Source: Octopus bimaculoides
Lineage: Eukaryota
NCBI RefSeq assembly: GCF_001194135.2
Contig: NC_068983.1
Location: 72,942,972 to 72,979,238, forward strand
Length of the DNA: 36,267 nucleotides
Reading direction: 5' to 3'
Both the position numbers and the translations under genes were made by a program. A model generated the notes under the pieces. The model was not told where the DNA came from, made no database searches, and was given only the letters and a program-made list of their open reading frames with translations. Positions 23,843-34,194 of this stretch are shown piece by piece (position 1 is the first letter of the stretch; the number at the start of each line of letters is the position of its first letter).

Positions 23843-23937
23843 GGTGGACATTGTGGTAAGAAGCTTGCTTCCCAACCATGTGGTTCTTGGTTCTGTCCAC
23901 TGTGTGGCACCTTGGGCAAGTGTCTTCTACTATAGCC
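23843..23937 (+). mobile_element. tRNA-derived SINE head, truncated
   Basis: GTGGTAAGAAGC (A-box-like), GGTTCTGTCC (B-box-like), then GGCACCTTGGGCAAGTGTCTT. Confidence 0.7.
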
Positions 23938-24154
23938 TAAGTTGCGAGGGGGCTATTCGTACGACCTGGACATGTAGAACACAATGTCAAAAATGAAAAT
24001 CCCCCCCCCCCCCTGGGTTTTGGTCAAAATTTTTTTAGGGGGAATCGCATGGCCGTGATATGTAGAACACATTATCGAAAGCGAAAATCGCCAAAATTAA
24101 AAAAAAAGTTACAGCCATTTTCCCTCAGTGTCTAAACTCAATGTCCACCATATA

Positions 24155-25077
24155 TATATGACGAGTTTTTACTGCATTTTTTATTTTGAGAGAAAATATA
24201 TCTTTTACAAATGGTCACTACTTAACAAAACCTATATTAGCAAAGCAAGTGACCTCTATATACATTTAAAGTACTATAACATATTCATAACCCTATTTCA
24301 GAAAATTATTACCTTTCTCTTTGAGCATATAAAAGACAAATTTAGCTAATGCAAAACGTGTAACACAAGATAAGGTAAATTTGTCACTTCAGTTCTCCAC
24401 AATTACGTCTGAAAAAAGACTCATACACATCAATATCCATCCTTAAACGTCAGAAAGATCAGAAATGCAACAAAAATTTAAAATATCTAAGTCAAATGAA
24501 GGAGGATTATGAAAAAATGGCAAATGATATGAAATTAACAAAATCCGATTAAATCTAAACGAATCTAAATCTAAACATAAAATATTCTCTATAGCTTCTT
24601 CACGATATGCTGGAGTGGCTGTCTTCCCTATATATTTACGCATCATGCAGTTAAAGAGAAGAAATTATTGAAATTAGTCATGACTCAATTTACCCCATTT
24701 TAGACATCATTTATTTAAAATTGAAAATTATCAAATTAGACATTAATATGAGAAAAAATTGACTTGGAATCCAACAGAAAAAAAGAATATTGATTGTTAA
24801 ACACCAAAAATTATACAGATATTTTATTATCAACCTCAATTACAATCGGGTCAAAGATGAGGAAAAATTTCTTGAAGAAAAAGTACCTGACACCTGGCTA
24901 TGTTCCAAACTCTCTCAACGTCAACAACTATGCCAATTTTTACTCCTAAAGCTGATACAACCGTACACAGTGATGATGCAATACTTGCAATGTAATTATT
25001 CTAAACAGATAGGGAGAAAATAATGAGAAATCAGAAATTACTAATTTTACCGCGGGTACTAATTTTGGTCCATCCCC
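24155..25077. mobile_element. TIR DNA element, copy 2 (empty site for the hammerhead insertion)
   Basis: Collinear with 16150-17200 apart from the 16704-16905 insertion. Right end ...ACTAATTTTGGTCCATCCCC. Confidence 0.75.
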
Positions 25078-25164
25078 TTGTGTGTGTGTGTGTGTGTGTG
25101 GTGGGCCTCCACGTGCATGCAGGAGTGTGTGTTTATGTTAGATCATTTAGTGCTACCAGTAATA

Positions 25165-25500
25165 TATAACCCAGTACAACCTGTCGCATGGTCGGACTGT
25201 TGGCAACTAAATGGGCAACCTTACCAAGCCTGCTTGATAAGGAAGGTGGTTTTCGTTGGACATCCTGCAGGATGAAAGACAAAACCATCAAGGGATGGAT
25301 GAACTCAGTCGAATCAACCGCTATCCAACAGTTTGGAGTGAGAAACTCCTAATGTTTGTTTAGATTAGAACAAAGAAATAACACCCGCCTCATTGCGAAG
25401 CCGGAGATCTGAGAGTCTTAGCGATGTTGTGCAAGCTGTTAACGACTTTAAATTTCAACATGGGGCTTTGCTGACAGCCAGTTTTTAATATCTAGCCAAT
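25165..25500 (+). mobile_element. Interspersed repeat, probably a LINE (RTE-type) 5' region
   Basis: GC-richer block (GGCAACTAAATGGG...GTCTTAGCGATGTTGTGCAAGCTG) resembling RTE 5' UTRs as I remember them. No coding evidence in the window. Confidence 0.35.
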
Positions 25501-26434
25501 TTGTCGGTGATGGTCATATTCTTTTACGTGTTGACATCCACCGTGTGTGTGTGTGTAATATATAGTTCTCGAAAATAATTCTGGAGGACTACGACTCAAC
25601 GAAATGCTCAGCGGTATTTCGTCCGTCCTGAGTTCAGGGCGAAATAAATGAAGTTTATTAGTTACTGTGGTCAATACAAAACTAGTTTCACGATTAATGA
25701 ACAAACTAAATAAATCAATCTTTTAAAAATGAATTTAATTTAGGATTACGTTTTCTGATCTTCAGTTGTATATACCATATTTTAAGAAAAAATATAAATA
25801 ACTATAAAATATATTTACCTTCATTTATCCGCATCAATTCGTAACCCAAGGTGTTCAGTATATTGAAAAAAGTCAGAGAAGGAGAAGAAACAGACTTCTT
25901 CATCCACATTCAAACATGCTGGCAAATTATGTGTATATATATATATATGAAGACAAAGACAAAAGTTCCTAAATATTCGAAGGGGATGAAAAATAAAAAC
26001 GTTTTCAATAGTTACCACATGTATCTAGATTTCTAACATCAATGAACAAATAAAATAATGTGCTATCCGTGTTCTCTTCAGTACGGGCGCTACGATTAAC
26101 GTATAATTATGGGACAAATAGACATTATAATTTTTGATGCATTATAATTTTTCAAATCCACCGCGCAAGCGCAGTTATAGTCGGCAGCAAATAAAAATAT
26201 ATGTGCTGACTTTCTTCAAAATTACGAAAATCATATTAAGAAGATATATATAGGGTAGAAAAATTAGAGAAATGTTCTACCAGTGGCTAGCATGCATAAA
26301 ATAGTCAACAGACATATTTTTCATATAAAATTAGTGTACATTTATATACAAAAGAGGTGACCCTAACAGGACACCTTACATGATAAAAAGAGCATACATA
26401 CACATATATGTGTATGTATATATATATATGTATG

Positions 26435-26481
<47 letters not shown>

Positions 26482-26699
26482 CCTCCTGATAGAATATCAA
26501 GATACTAGTGAGCCCCGTGGAAATTCTACAGAACGAAAAAGATTTAGAGAAGATATTTAAGAAAGAAAGGATGATTTGCATTTTTATTTTTATTTTCCTA
26601 AGTTATTTCACTTCTGGTCATAATAATATACTATATGATATTAGAATTTCTCTCAGTTAAGCACTTTCTCTTTTTCTCTCTGCCTCTTCAATACATTAG

Positions 26700-26756
26700 G
26701 TATTAGTTGCGAAACGTGTGTGCACAGCTTTGATGGAACTGTGTTACACACGACCG
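26700..26756 (+). CDS. Candidate coding exon A (phase 1-1), (G)ISCETCVHSFDGTVLHTT
   Basis: Pyrimidine tract TTTTCTCTCTGCCTCTTCAATACATTAG, donor G|GTAAGG, 57 bp open frame with a CxxC motif. Confidence 0.45.
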
Positions 26757-27531
26757 GTAAGGCTGACACAGTTAACATTACTTTTCATGTCTTTAACATT
26801 TCTCCCTTTCACTTCACCTCTCACTTCCTCTAACCACATGAGTGATAGCATAAATCATCGGATGGCTACTTGCTTTCTCACTTACTCTCGCATTTCCTCT
26901 TCCTCTCTCTCACTCCATCTCTTCCTCTCTAACAAACTAAAGCGTAAAGTATGAACGAACAGACAGAAGAATAATATTATGTAGATTTAGTTTTAAAAAA
27001 TGTTCACTATCAATACACCACCACCATTATTATCATCACTATAGTTTTCAGTAACAAAGCTCATTTAATTTCCTTGCTGTCGATGTATCTCTACTCTGAC
27101 AATACAATTACTATCTGCCTTCCCATCTATCTATCTATCTATCTATCTATCTTAATGTAACTGCCTTCCCTGTCCATCTCTCTCTAACTGCCTTCCTTTA
27201 ACCTGACCACCAAAACATCACCCTCTGTTAGATATTGTATTCTGAACATATCTCTTTCTCTTTACCTTTCTTTCCCCCACCCTACTGCACATCTTTAACA
27301 CTTCCTTCTCTCTCCCTCTTTTCTCTCGCTCTTCGCCTCTCACTTCAACTAACCACGTAAGGCATTTGGCCTTATTATACATCTTTCTCTACTTCTTTCT
27401 CACTTTCTTCTCCACTCACACTTCTCCCCTTCTCTCTCACTTTTACTCTCACACACTCCACCTCTCTTACTAACTAAACTATAACGGGTGAACGAACAGG
27501 CAGATTATCATATAGATTGTTAAGCTAACAG

Positions 27532-27568
27532 ATTGGAAATTTGTATGGGAAGGAAAACTGCCAAAAAT
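27532..27568 (+). CDS. Candidate coding exon B (phase 1-2), (D)WKFVWEGKLPK
   Basis: Acceptor CTAACAG (weak tract), donor T|GTAAGG. Phase-compatible with exons A and C. Confidence 0.3.
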
Positions 27569-27599
27569 GTAAGGCATTCTTCTGGATCAGTATCGATGT

Positions 27600-27725
27600 A
27601 TGTTGTTGCTGTTGTTGTTGTTGTGGTTGTGGTGGTGGTGGGTGGCGGTTGCAGCGGCAGAAGAGGAGACGGCAGTGGAGGCAGAGGAGGAGGAGACTGC
27701 GGTGGCGACGGCGACGGTGGGGTTT
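27600..27725. repeat. GC-rich trinucleotide low-complexity tract (GTT/GGT/GGA/GGC)
   Basis: Visible. It explains the poly-P/T/V/G ORFs in the track. Confidence 0.9.
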
Positions 27726-27988
27726 CTCGGTTCACCTTGATTGGAAGTATTACAGTTCTGACTAGTTCGTCTTTCAATGTATTAGGGACTATATTGTCCA
27801 ATTAAGAGCTGTGTCCGTGACCCTTGCAAGTTGTACCTCTTTATTTTTTTATAAATTCGTGTGCACAAAAAATCTTATTTTGTGCAATTTTATCTCCCGA
27901 GACAAAAGTAGGAACGTGCAAAATGTGCAATAAGTATAATTATTAATTACTACATTAATTTTGGAAATTAACCTAGTGAGCACATTAG

Positions 27989-28045
27989 GTATTAGTTACG
28001 AAACGTATGTGCACAGCTTTGATGGAACGGTGGCACACAAGATCG
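27989..28045 (+). pseudogene. Degenerate duplicate of candidate exon A, (G)ISYETYVHSFDGTVAHKI
   Basis: A ~95 bp direct repeat of 26692-26785 with the same AG and GTAAGG positions. Both Cys codons are changed to Tyr and the acceptor tract is lost. Confidence 0.5.
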
Positions 28046-28819
28046 GTAAGGCTGACACGGTTAACATTGCTCTTAATCATTTGAAAGTTGACGACCGCAG
28101 GAAAAACGAGGGGAACGCAATTGAAGTTTCAAGATCAAACCTACATCAGAGTGATTAAAGGGAAAATATGGCTATTGATGCGCGCACTAGTTTCCTTACC
28201 AATAATAATGATGATGATGATAACTATAAGTGCGTCAATGGAAATAACTCAAAGTGGTGTGATTCATGGAGGGCTTGTGAGATGAGTGAACGTAATGTGG
28301 CCTTGATATTCTTTTATATTAAATTTCTTGCCTTTTGCACAGATAAGTACAATAAGTGAAATGAAACGCATTAGCTTAGAAACGAAATCTTGTTAGAAGC
28401 CTCGCTCACTGAGATGCCACTTCTTAATAGCAAACGAAAGCAAGTACATTTTTTTTCAGTGATATTTATCAAGCAATACTAACAGAATGGAAACATTTTC
28501 AATTTAATACATGTGGCTTATTAAATAGTTTTAAATATTGTTATTAGAAGGTACACTAGCTTCATAATTTCCTTCTATTTCATTATCTACTTGCTTTGAT
28601 TCTAGTTGGGCAAAAACGTTAAACAAACAAGAAAACAAACAAAAAGAGAAAACACAAAGGGATGATTATTGTATTATTGTAGTTTGGTCAGAAAATGGTA
28701 TTTGTGGCTGACTATAGGATCCTGGAAACATGAGTACGTTAAATAATTAGAAGGAGATTTCACGGAGACATGCGTTTTCATTAACTCTGCTTGCGCAATC
28801 GTTCAACTGTGTAGATTTC

Positions 28820-29031
28820 TTTGTATCTACGTATGTCTGTTTACACACATACAAACGTACACTCATATACACACATCACCATACATACATCATACATATT
28901 TACGTACGTATGTGTGTATGTAAGTATATGTATACGTGTGTGTATGTGTGTATGCATATATGCATGGTATAAATGTATATATATGATATATATACATATA
29001 TATGCATGTTGTGGTGTTAAATCACACATGT

Positions 29032-29100
<69 letters not shown>

Positions 29101-29250
29101 CACATATATGCATTTATACGCATATATACGTTATATACGCATATATATGTGTGTGTATTCATGTTTGTATGTATGTGCATGTATATATGTGTGTGTGCGC
29201 GTGCGCAAATGTACATGCATATGTATGTATGTACAAGTGTGTGCGAAACA
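28820..29250. repeat. Compound (TA)n/(TG)n/(CA)n microsatellite field
   Basis: Visible, including a ~60 bp pure TA run near 29036-29096. Confidence 0.95.
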
Positions 29251-29654
29251 ATATAATCCACCTATTTGGTGAAATCGGCGTCATGGAACCTCCTACATTT
29301 CGAAGTGATAGCGTTATAGCTTTTCATTTTACACGCATGGATGCATCTTAATGATGTGCTGAGACTGAGTAAAGAGGAAGGCTATATTGGATAGATATCG
29401 TACAAAGAGAGATTCAAGGATATCAATAATATACGCTCATCTTTTTCCTCCTTGGTATACATTTACACACACACACACACATAATCAACATTAATAGCGG
29501 CAGTAGCTATAAATGTGTTCCGATCCAAAGTAAGGCAGTTATAAATATATATCTTGAGAAAAGATCGAATCTTAAATTTCTTCCATCTCTTTTTCTCTAA
29601 CACTATTTTTTTAATAAAATAACTAACAGTAATTACTGTTGTCAAGTATATTTG

Positions 29655-29852
29655 ATCACATACACACACACACACACGCACACATACACATACTCACACA
29701 CGCACACTCACACACACACACACACTCACACACGCACACACACACACGCGCGCACATAGATATGCATGTGTACACACACACACACAGATATGCAAGTGTA
29801 TGCTCGCGCCCGCGCATGCACGCGCACGCATGCGCACACACACACACACACA
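29655..29852. repeat. (CA)n/(CG)n compound microsatellite
   Basis: Visible. Confidence 0.95.
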
Positions 29853-30510
29853 TCGCAATTTGCACTATCTGTTGTCAATCGGTTAAGATGTTTGGCATCT
29901 CTCACAACGTCTTCATGTTTTGGCAATAAAATGACCCTTACCGAAGATAAAACACCGGTAGAATTATTATTTCTGTGTGTATCTTGCAAGAACTAGTTCC
30001 AAGTTAGCTATAGTTGAGAAACTTCGTATTTGTGATATATTTTATATTTTACAAGAACAGGAATTGCTACACGTTGATTTCAGAATGTCTCCAATAGCAT
30101 CAGATTTGATCACGACTGAATCTGATATTTTCGAGCAGTTGTCACACAAAAAAAAAAAAATATGATAATGCCAGTGTAATAAAAAAAAAAATGTCACTAA
30201 CTTCTGTTAGATAAAAGTAAAAAATGAAATATGTGCTTCAAAACAGATTTTATACTCCTCCGAAAACAGGAATTATAATATAAAAATGTCAATTCATACA
30301 AAATAATAGCAACATTCTTGTAACATAACTAAGCGAAAAAAATTAAGAGAATTAAGTAAGTGTTCAGGAGTTCAGCTCGGTGTGTTCAAGTAAGATACAG
30401 TTTATAATAAATCAACAATATACTGAAATGAAAATACCGCTGATGTCGTTAAAATGTATGTCTGTAAATTAGTATTTTACTGTGAGGTGCATTGTTGTTT
30501 CTCCATTCAG

Positions 30511-30590
30511 ATTTCTGATTGAGACTAGGTCTGCATTCATGTATGGAGACCGATTCAGTAACCTGTCTAAGTGTTGCATCATTGGAGGAT
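30511..30590 (+). CDS. Candidate coding exon C (phase 2-1), FLIETRSAFMYGDRFSNLSKCCIIGG(C)
   Basis: Strong acceptor TTGTTGTTTCTCCATTCAG and consensus donor T|GTAAGT. Only one of the three frames is open. Confidence 0.5.
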
Positions 30591-30709
30591 GTAAGTATAT
30601 CTACTTTGAGTCTTATCCAATGCATGCTGGCAGAAAGTAAAAGTAGCTTTCATTTCTCGTATACATATTCCAGTATTCACTGAATTGCTTGTTAATATTT
30701 GAACGGTCT

Positions 30710-30923
30710 AGGACAGTGAGCTGGTAGAGTCATTACTGCGCTGGGGAAAATGCTTAGCGGCATTCTGTCCATCTTTCCATTCTAGGTTCAATTTCTGCTG
30801 AGGTCAACTTTGCCATTCATCCTTTTAAGATCGATAAAATAAGTACCAGTTGAATCTTGGAGTCGATCTAATTGACTTATCCTTTCACCCAAAACTGCTG
30901 GCTTTGTGCCAAAACTTGAAACC
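30710..30923 (+). mobile_element. tRNA-derived SINE with a degenerate ~16 bp TSD
   Basis: GAGCTGGTAGAGTC...GGTTCAATTTCTGCTGAGGTCAACTTTGCC. Flanks AATATTTGAACGGTCT (30694-30709) and AATATTTGAGCAGTCT (30924-30939). Confidence 0.8.
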
Positions 30924-30941
30924 AATATTTGAGCAGTCTTG

Positions 30942-31092
30942 AAGGCAGGGAGCTGGCAGAAGCGTTAGCACGCCAGGAAAAATGCTTAGCGGCATTTCAT
31001 CTGTCTTTATGTTCTGAATTCAAATTCCACCGAGGTCAACTTTGCCTTTCATCCTTTCGGGGTCAATAAAATAAGTACCAGTTGAACATTGG
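30942..31092 (+). mobile_element. tRNA-derived SINE, second adjacent copy, 3' truncated (a further head lies at ~31845-31910)
   Basis: GAGCTGGCAGAAGCGTTAGCACGCC...GAATTCAAATTCCACCGAGGTCAACTTTGCCTTTCATCCTTTCGGGGTC. Confidence 0.85.
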
Positions 31093-31311
31093 AAATCAAA
31101 AACGAAGGCCTATAAGAACTGGCCTATAACAAAATTTCTCTGGAACAGTGTCTCAGTGACAAAGCAGTAGTTGGAGAACAAAAATATTGACGTTTCAAGA
31201 AATAAAATTAATTTCAAAGTGAATTTATCAGGTTTGTGTATAATTAAATGGCTCTTCTTTCTCATAAAGCTCTTCCAGTATATAGTGTTGGCTGTAATTT
31301 CTGTAGAAAAA

Positions 31312-31817
31312 CTGTAAAGAAAACCTTAACAAATGATGTAAAAGCACTGATAACACTGTAGTATTGACTTATAAAAATGTTTAGTATACTTTGTAGTATA
31401 TAACGATTGCATAACGAAATACAGTGTCCCTACAGGTCTTTAATATTTACATACAAGCTTCCAGGAATGTGTTTACTATGTAAAATTGGTATATCCAATA
31501 ACGTTACACTGCTATATTTAGTGGCTACTAAAGCAATGTGTTTGTGGATGATTAATAGGTTGGATGGGTACTGATGAGGGAGCAAAATCTCCTGAAATAT
31601 GACATATACGCCCACTACCAATTTTTCATCTTCGATCTCATTGTTGTTTACATCAAGCATCTCGAATACAAAACGTCGTAACAAAACTAGGGCTGATTAT
31701 AATCTGTAGAGGTAACCTTAACAAGTGATGTAATAGCACTGGTACCACAGTAGAACACAGTATTATTTTATAAAAACGTTTAATATATTTTGTAGTATAT
31801 TATGTTTGCGTAACGAA
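31312..31817 (+). repeat. Two ~105-115 bp direct repeats (31312-31418, 31704-31817) with a 392 bp period
   Basis: AACCTTAACAA(A/G)TGATGTAA(A/T)AGCACTG...TTATAAAAA(T/C)GTTTA...TTTGTAGTATA...TAACGAA. Roughly 80% identical by eye. Confidence 0.85.
31560..31621 (+). ncRNA. Type I hammerhead ribozyme motif with canonical core
   Basis: UUGGAUGGGUA-CUGAUGA-GGGAG(CAAAAU)CUCCU-GAA-AUAUGACAUAU-A-CGCCCACUACCAA. CUGAUGA and GAAA are intact, stem II is 5 bp, the cleavage triplet is AUA, and stem I pairs UUGG/CCAA and UGGG/CCCA. Confidence 0.7.
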
Positions 31818-32562
31818 TTGCTCGTTAATATCTTTAATATCTTGAAGGTGACAAGCTGGCAGAGTCATTAGCATGCTGGACAAAATGCTTAGAAGCATTT
31901 CTTCTGGATCTTTTCTGTTTGGCTTCCACTTTTCAATTTCTTTTCAATCTTTTTCCGATTGACTTCAGATTTAGTTTATTGATGTAATTTTGTATGTTTA
32001 CTATTGACATGAAATTCATTTTCACTATAAATTAATACATAAACAGTTAATAGCTTTTAAAATTTGCAAATTTTGGGTAATTTTAGCCAATTGAAAGCCA
32101 CAGTGTCAGTTTCTATAGTAACAAGCCAAACGTTGACATTCTCCTGTATAAACAATGTGTTTTTTACGGAAAACAAAATATACTGTTTACTCTTTTTTTT
32201 CAAATTGGACTACAGTTAGTTTTGTTCTGCTCTTAAAACTACAAAATGTGTTGTGTACTTTTTTTTTTTTACATTAACTGCATATCAAATGCTCAAAACT
32301 ACAAAATATGTGTTGTTTACTCATTTTTTTCTTTCTTTTTGTCATTTTTCGCATATTAAATGCTTAAAACATGTGCTATCGTTGCAGTGTTGACATTATT
32401 GGGTGCCGGTGTAGTATGTAATCTACATACATGTTTCTGGTACAGCTTGTGATCTACATTAGTTCAAATGGAGTTTCCCATCAACAGAGTTTTGGTTCGT
32501 GAGTTCTTTTTTTTTTTTTTTTCCATGTTATTTCACCAGCATATTCAAATCTAAATAGATAT

Positions 32563-33628
32563 TACCTTGTCTACAGAATTCATATTTTTTGCACCCAAAT
32601 GATTTTGAAAACTGCAGAATAAATGATAATCAGATGGGGCAATGTCCGGCGAATATGGTGGGTGGGGCATCATTTCCCATTCAAACTGCTCTAGCCTTTG
32701 GAATGTCATCCTTGCTGTATGTGGTCAAGCATTATCCTGATGGAAGAACACCTTTCGTCTTGAAACCAAATATGGTCATTTTTCATCCAGAGCTGACTTA
32801 AGCCACTCAAGTTGCTCAGAGTAGATCTCCTTTGTTATTGCTTAGTTTGGGTTTAAAAGTTCAAAATGGACTAAACCTTTCATATCCCACCAAACAGATA
32901 ACAACACCTTACGTGGGTGAAGACCTTCTTTAGCCTGGGATGCTGGTGTATCTCCTTACCCAACCCACTGTCTTCGGCACTTGACATTTTTACAGAGAAC
33001 TTATTTCTCATCACCAGTCACTATTCGATCCAAAAAAGGTTAATTTGTGATACGCGGCAGCAAAGAAGAACACACATTCACTCCCTGCGCGTGATTAGAC
33101 TTGGTAAGTTTGAGAAACCCATTGACCTAATTTGCTGACTTTTCCAATGGCACGCAGGTGTTGATGAATGGTTGAATGACCAAATCCAAATTTCTCTGCT
33201 AGTTCCTCAACAGTTATGATGGGATTTTATTCCACCAGGGTTTGCAGGATGTCCTCGTCAAGCTCTACAGATCTTCCAGGATGAGACTCATCTTCTAGGC
33301 TGTAATTTCCAGCTCAGAATTTCTGGAACCACAGTTGACACTGGCTTACGCTTTTTGTCCAATCCCCATATACTGCATTAATATTCCTCACACTTTCCAT
33401 TGCATTGCTGCCTTTATTGAACTCATAAAGTAAAATATGCCGAATATGCTCCTTTGTCACTTCCATTATAGCTTTGAAAAAAGTAACTGTTAAAATCGAA
33501 CTGCACTCTCCAAAATTACTACCTGCTTTAATAGCAAGTTGATGCAGGTAGTTGATGTTATCCCATCCCCCTCCGACTTTTAGTTCATGTAATTGAAAAA
33601 ACTAGATTGTTTATGGGATGACACAATA
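32563..33628 (-). mobile_element. Mariner transposon B: nearly complete transposase pseudogene (ATG 33466), 3' end missing
   Basis: MEVTKEHIRHILLYEFNKG...LGQWV...FLDRIVTGDEK...HPRKVLLSVWWDMKG...FHQDNA*PHTA...HPPYSPDIAPSDYHLF, with D,D34D-type motifs and several stops. 5' TIR-like TATTGTGTCATCCCATAAAC ends at 33628. Confidence 0.95.
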
Positions 33629-33762
33629 CATTTTTAGCTTTTATTCATATTTTTAAGTTCCACTCACAAAACTCTCAGCTTTTGAGATACTTTTGCAACT
33701 TTTAGCTGATTTAATATTATAGATAAAAACGTAGAGAGGTGGGGCAGAAGGGAGAGAGATGA

Positions 33763-33870
33763 TAGGTAGGTAGGTAGGTAGGTAGGTAGGTAGGTAGGTA
33801 GGTAGGTAGGCAATTAGGTAGTAGGGAAGGAGGGAGGGGAAGGTAGGTAGGTAAATAGGTAGGTAGGTAT
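33763..33870. repeat. (TAGG)n microsatellite
   Basis: Visible. Confidence 0.95.
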
Positions 33871-34194
33871 GTACGTACGTACTTATATAGGTATACTTGC
33901 ACATATACACACACATACAATGATCACATGCAAGTGAGTACCACCTGCTTCACTGAGTAGGTCTAAAAAGACAGAAACATGACTTAATCATATTGGAGTT
34001 ATCTCCCTTAGCTACCTTTTATTGTGGGTTTAGATTTTAAACAACTCAAGAGGGAGTTCACAAGGGTAGGCTGAAAGGTTTTTTGGCTGATTTTGAAGGA
34101 GTGATGCTAGAGCTGTGAAATATTGCATGCATTAATTTCAACTCATCTTATTAATAACTGCATTGTTTCTTTCCAGGTAAACTTAATCTGACTG

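Noticed and set aside
27532-27597. Frame reading IGNLYGKENCQKCKAFFWISID, spaced like a nuclear-receptor P-box (YGxxxCxxCKxFF)
   Set aside because: The first CxxC pair and the conserved RR are absent, there is an in-frame stop just upstream, and no second zinc-finger exon was seen. A strong donor at 27569 cuts through the motif. Treated as chance.
28821-29996. Numerous ORFs of 60-176 aa rich in YI, HT and CV dipeptides (also 18161-18759, 26363-26581, 33653-33920, 34543-35405)
   Set aside because: Translations of microsatellites or N runs, not genes.
31430-31684. Minus-strand ORF with LDVNNNE, reminiscent of the cadherin DxNDNxP motif
   Set aside because: It lacks the proline and other cadherin motifs and has no clear splice sites. 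It is antisense to the hammerhead segment, which explains the region better.
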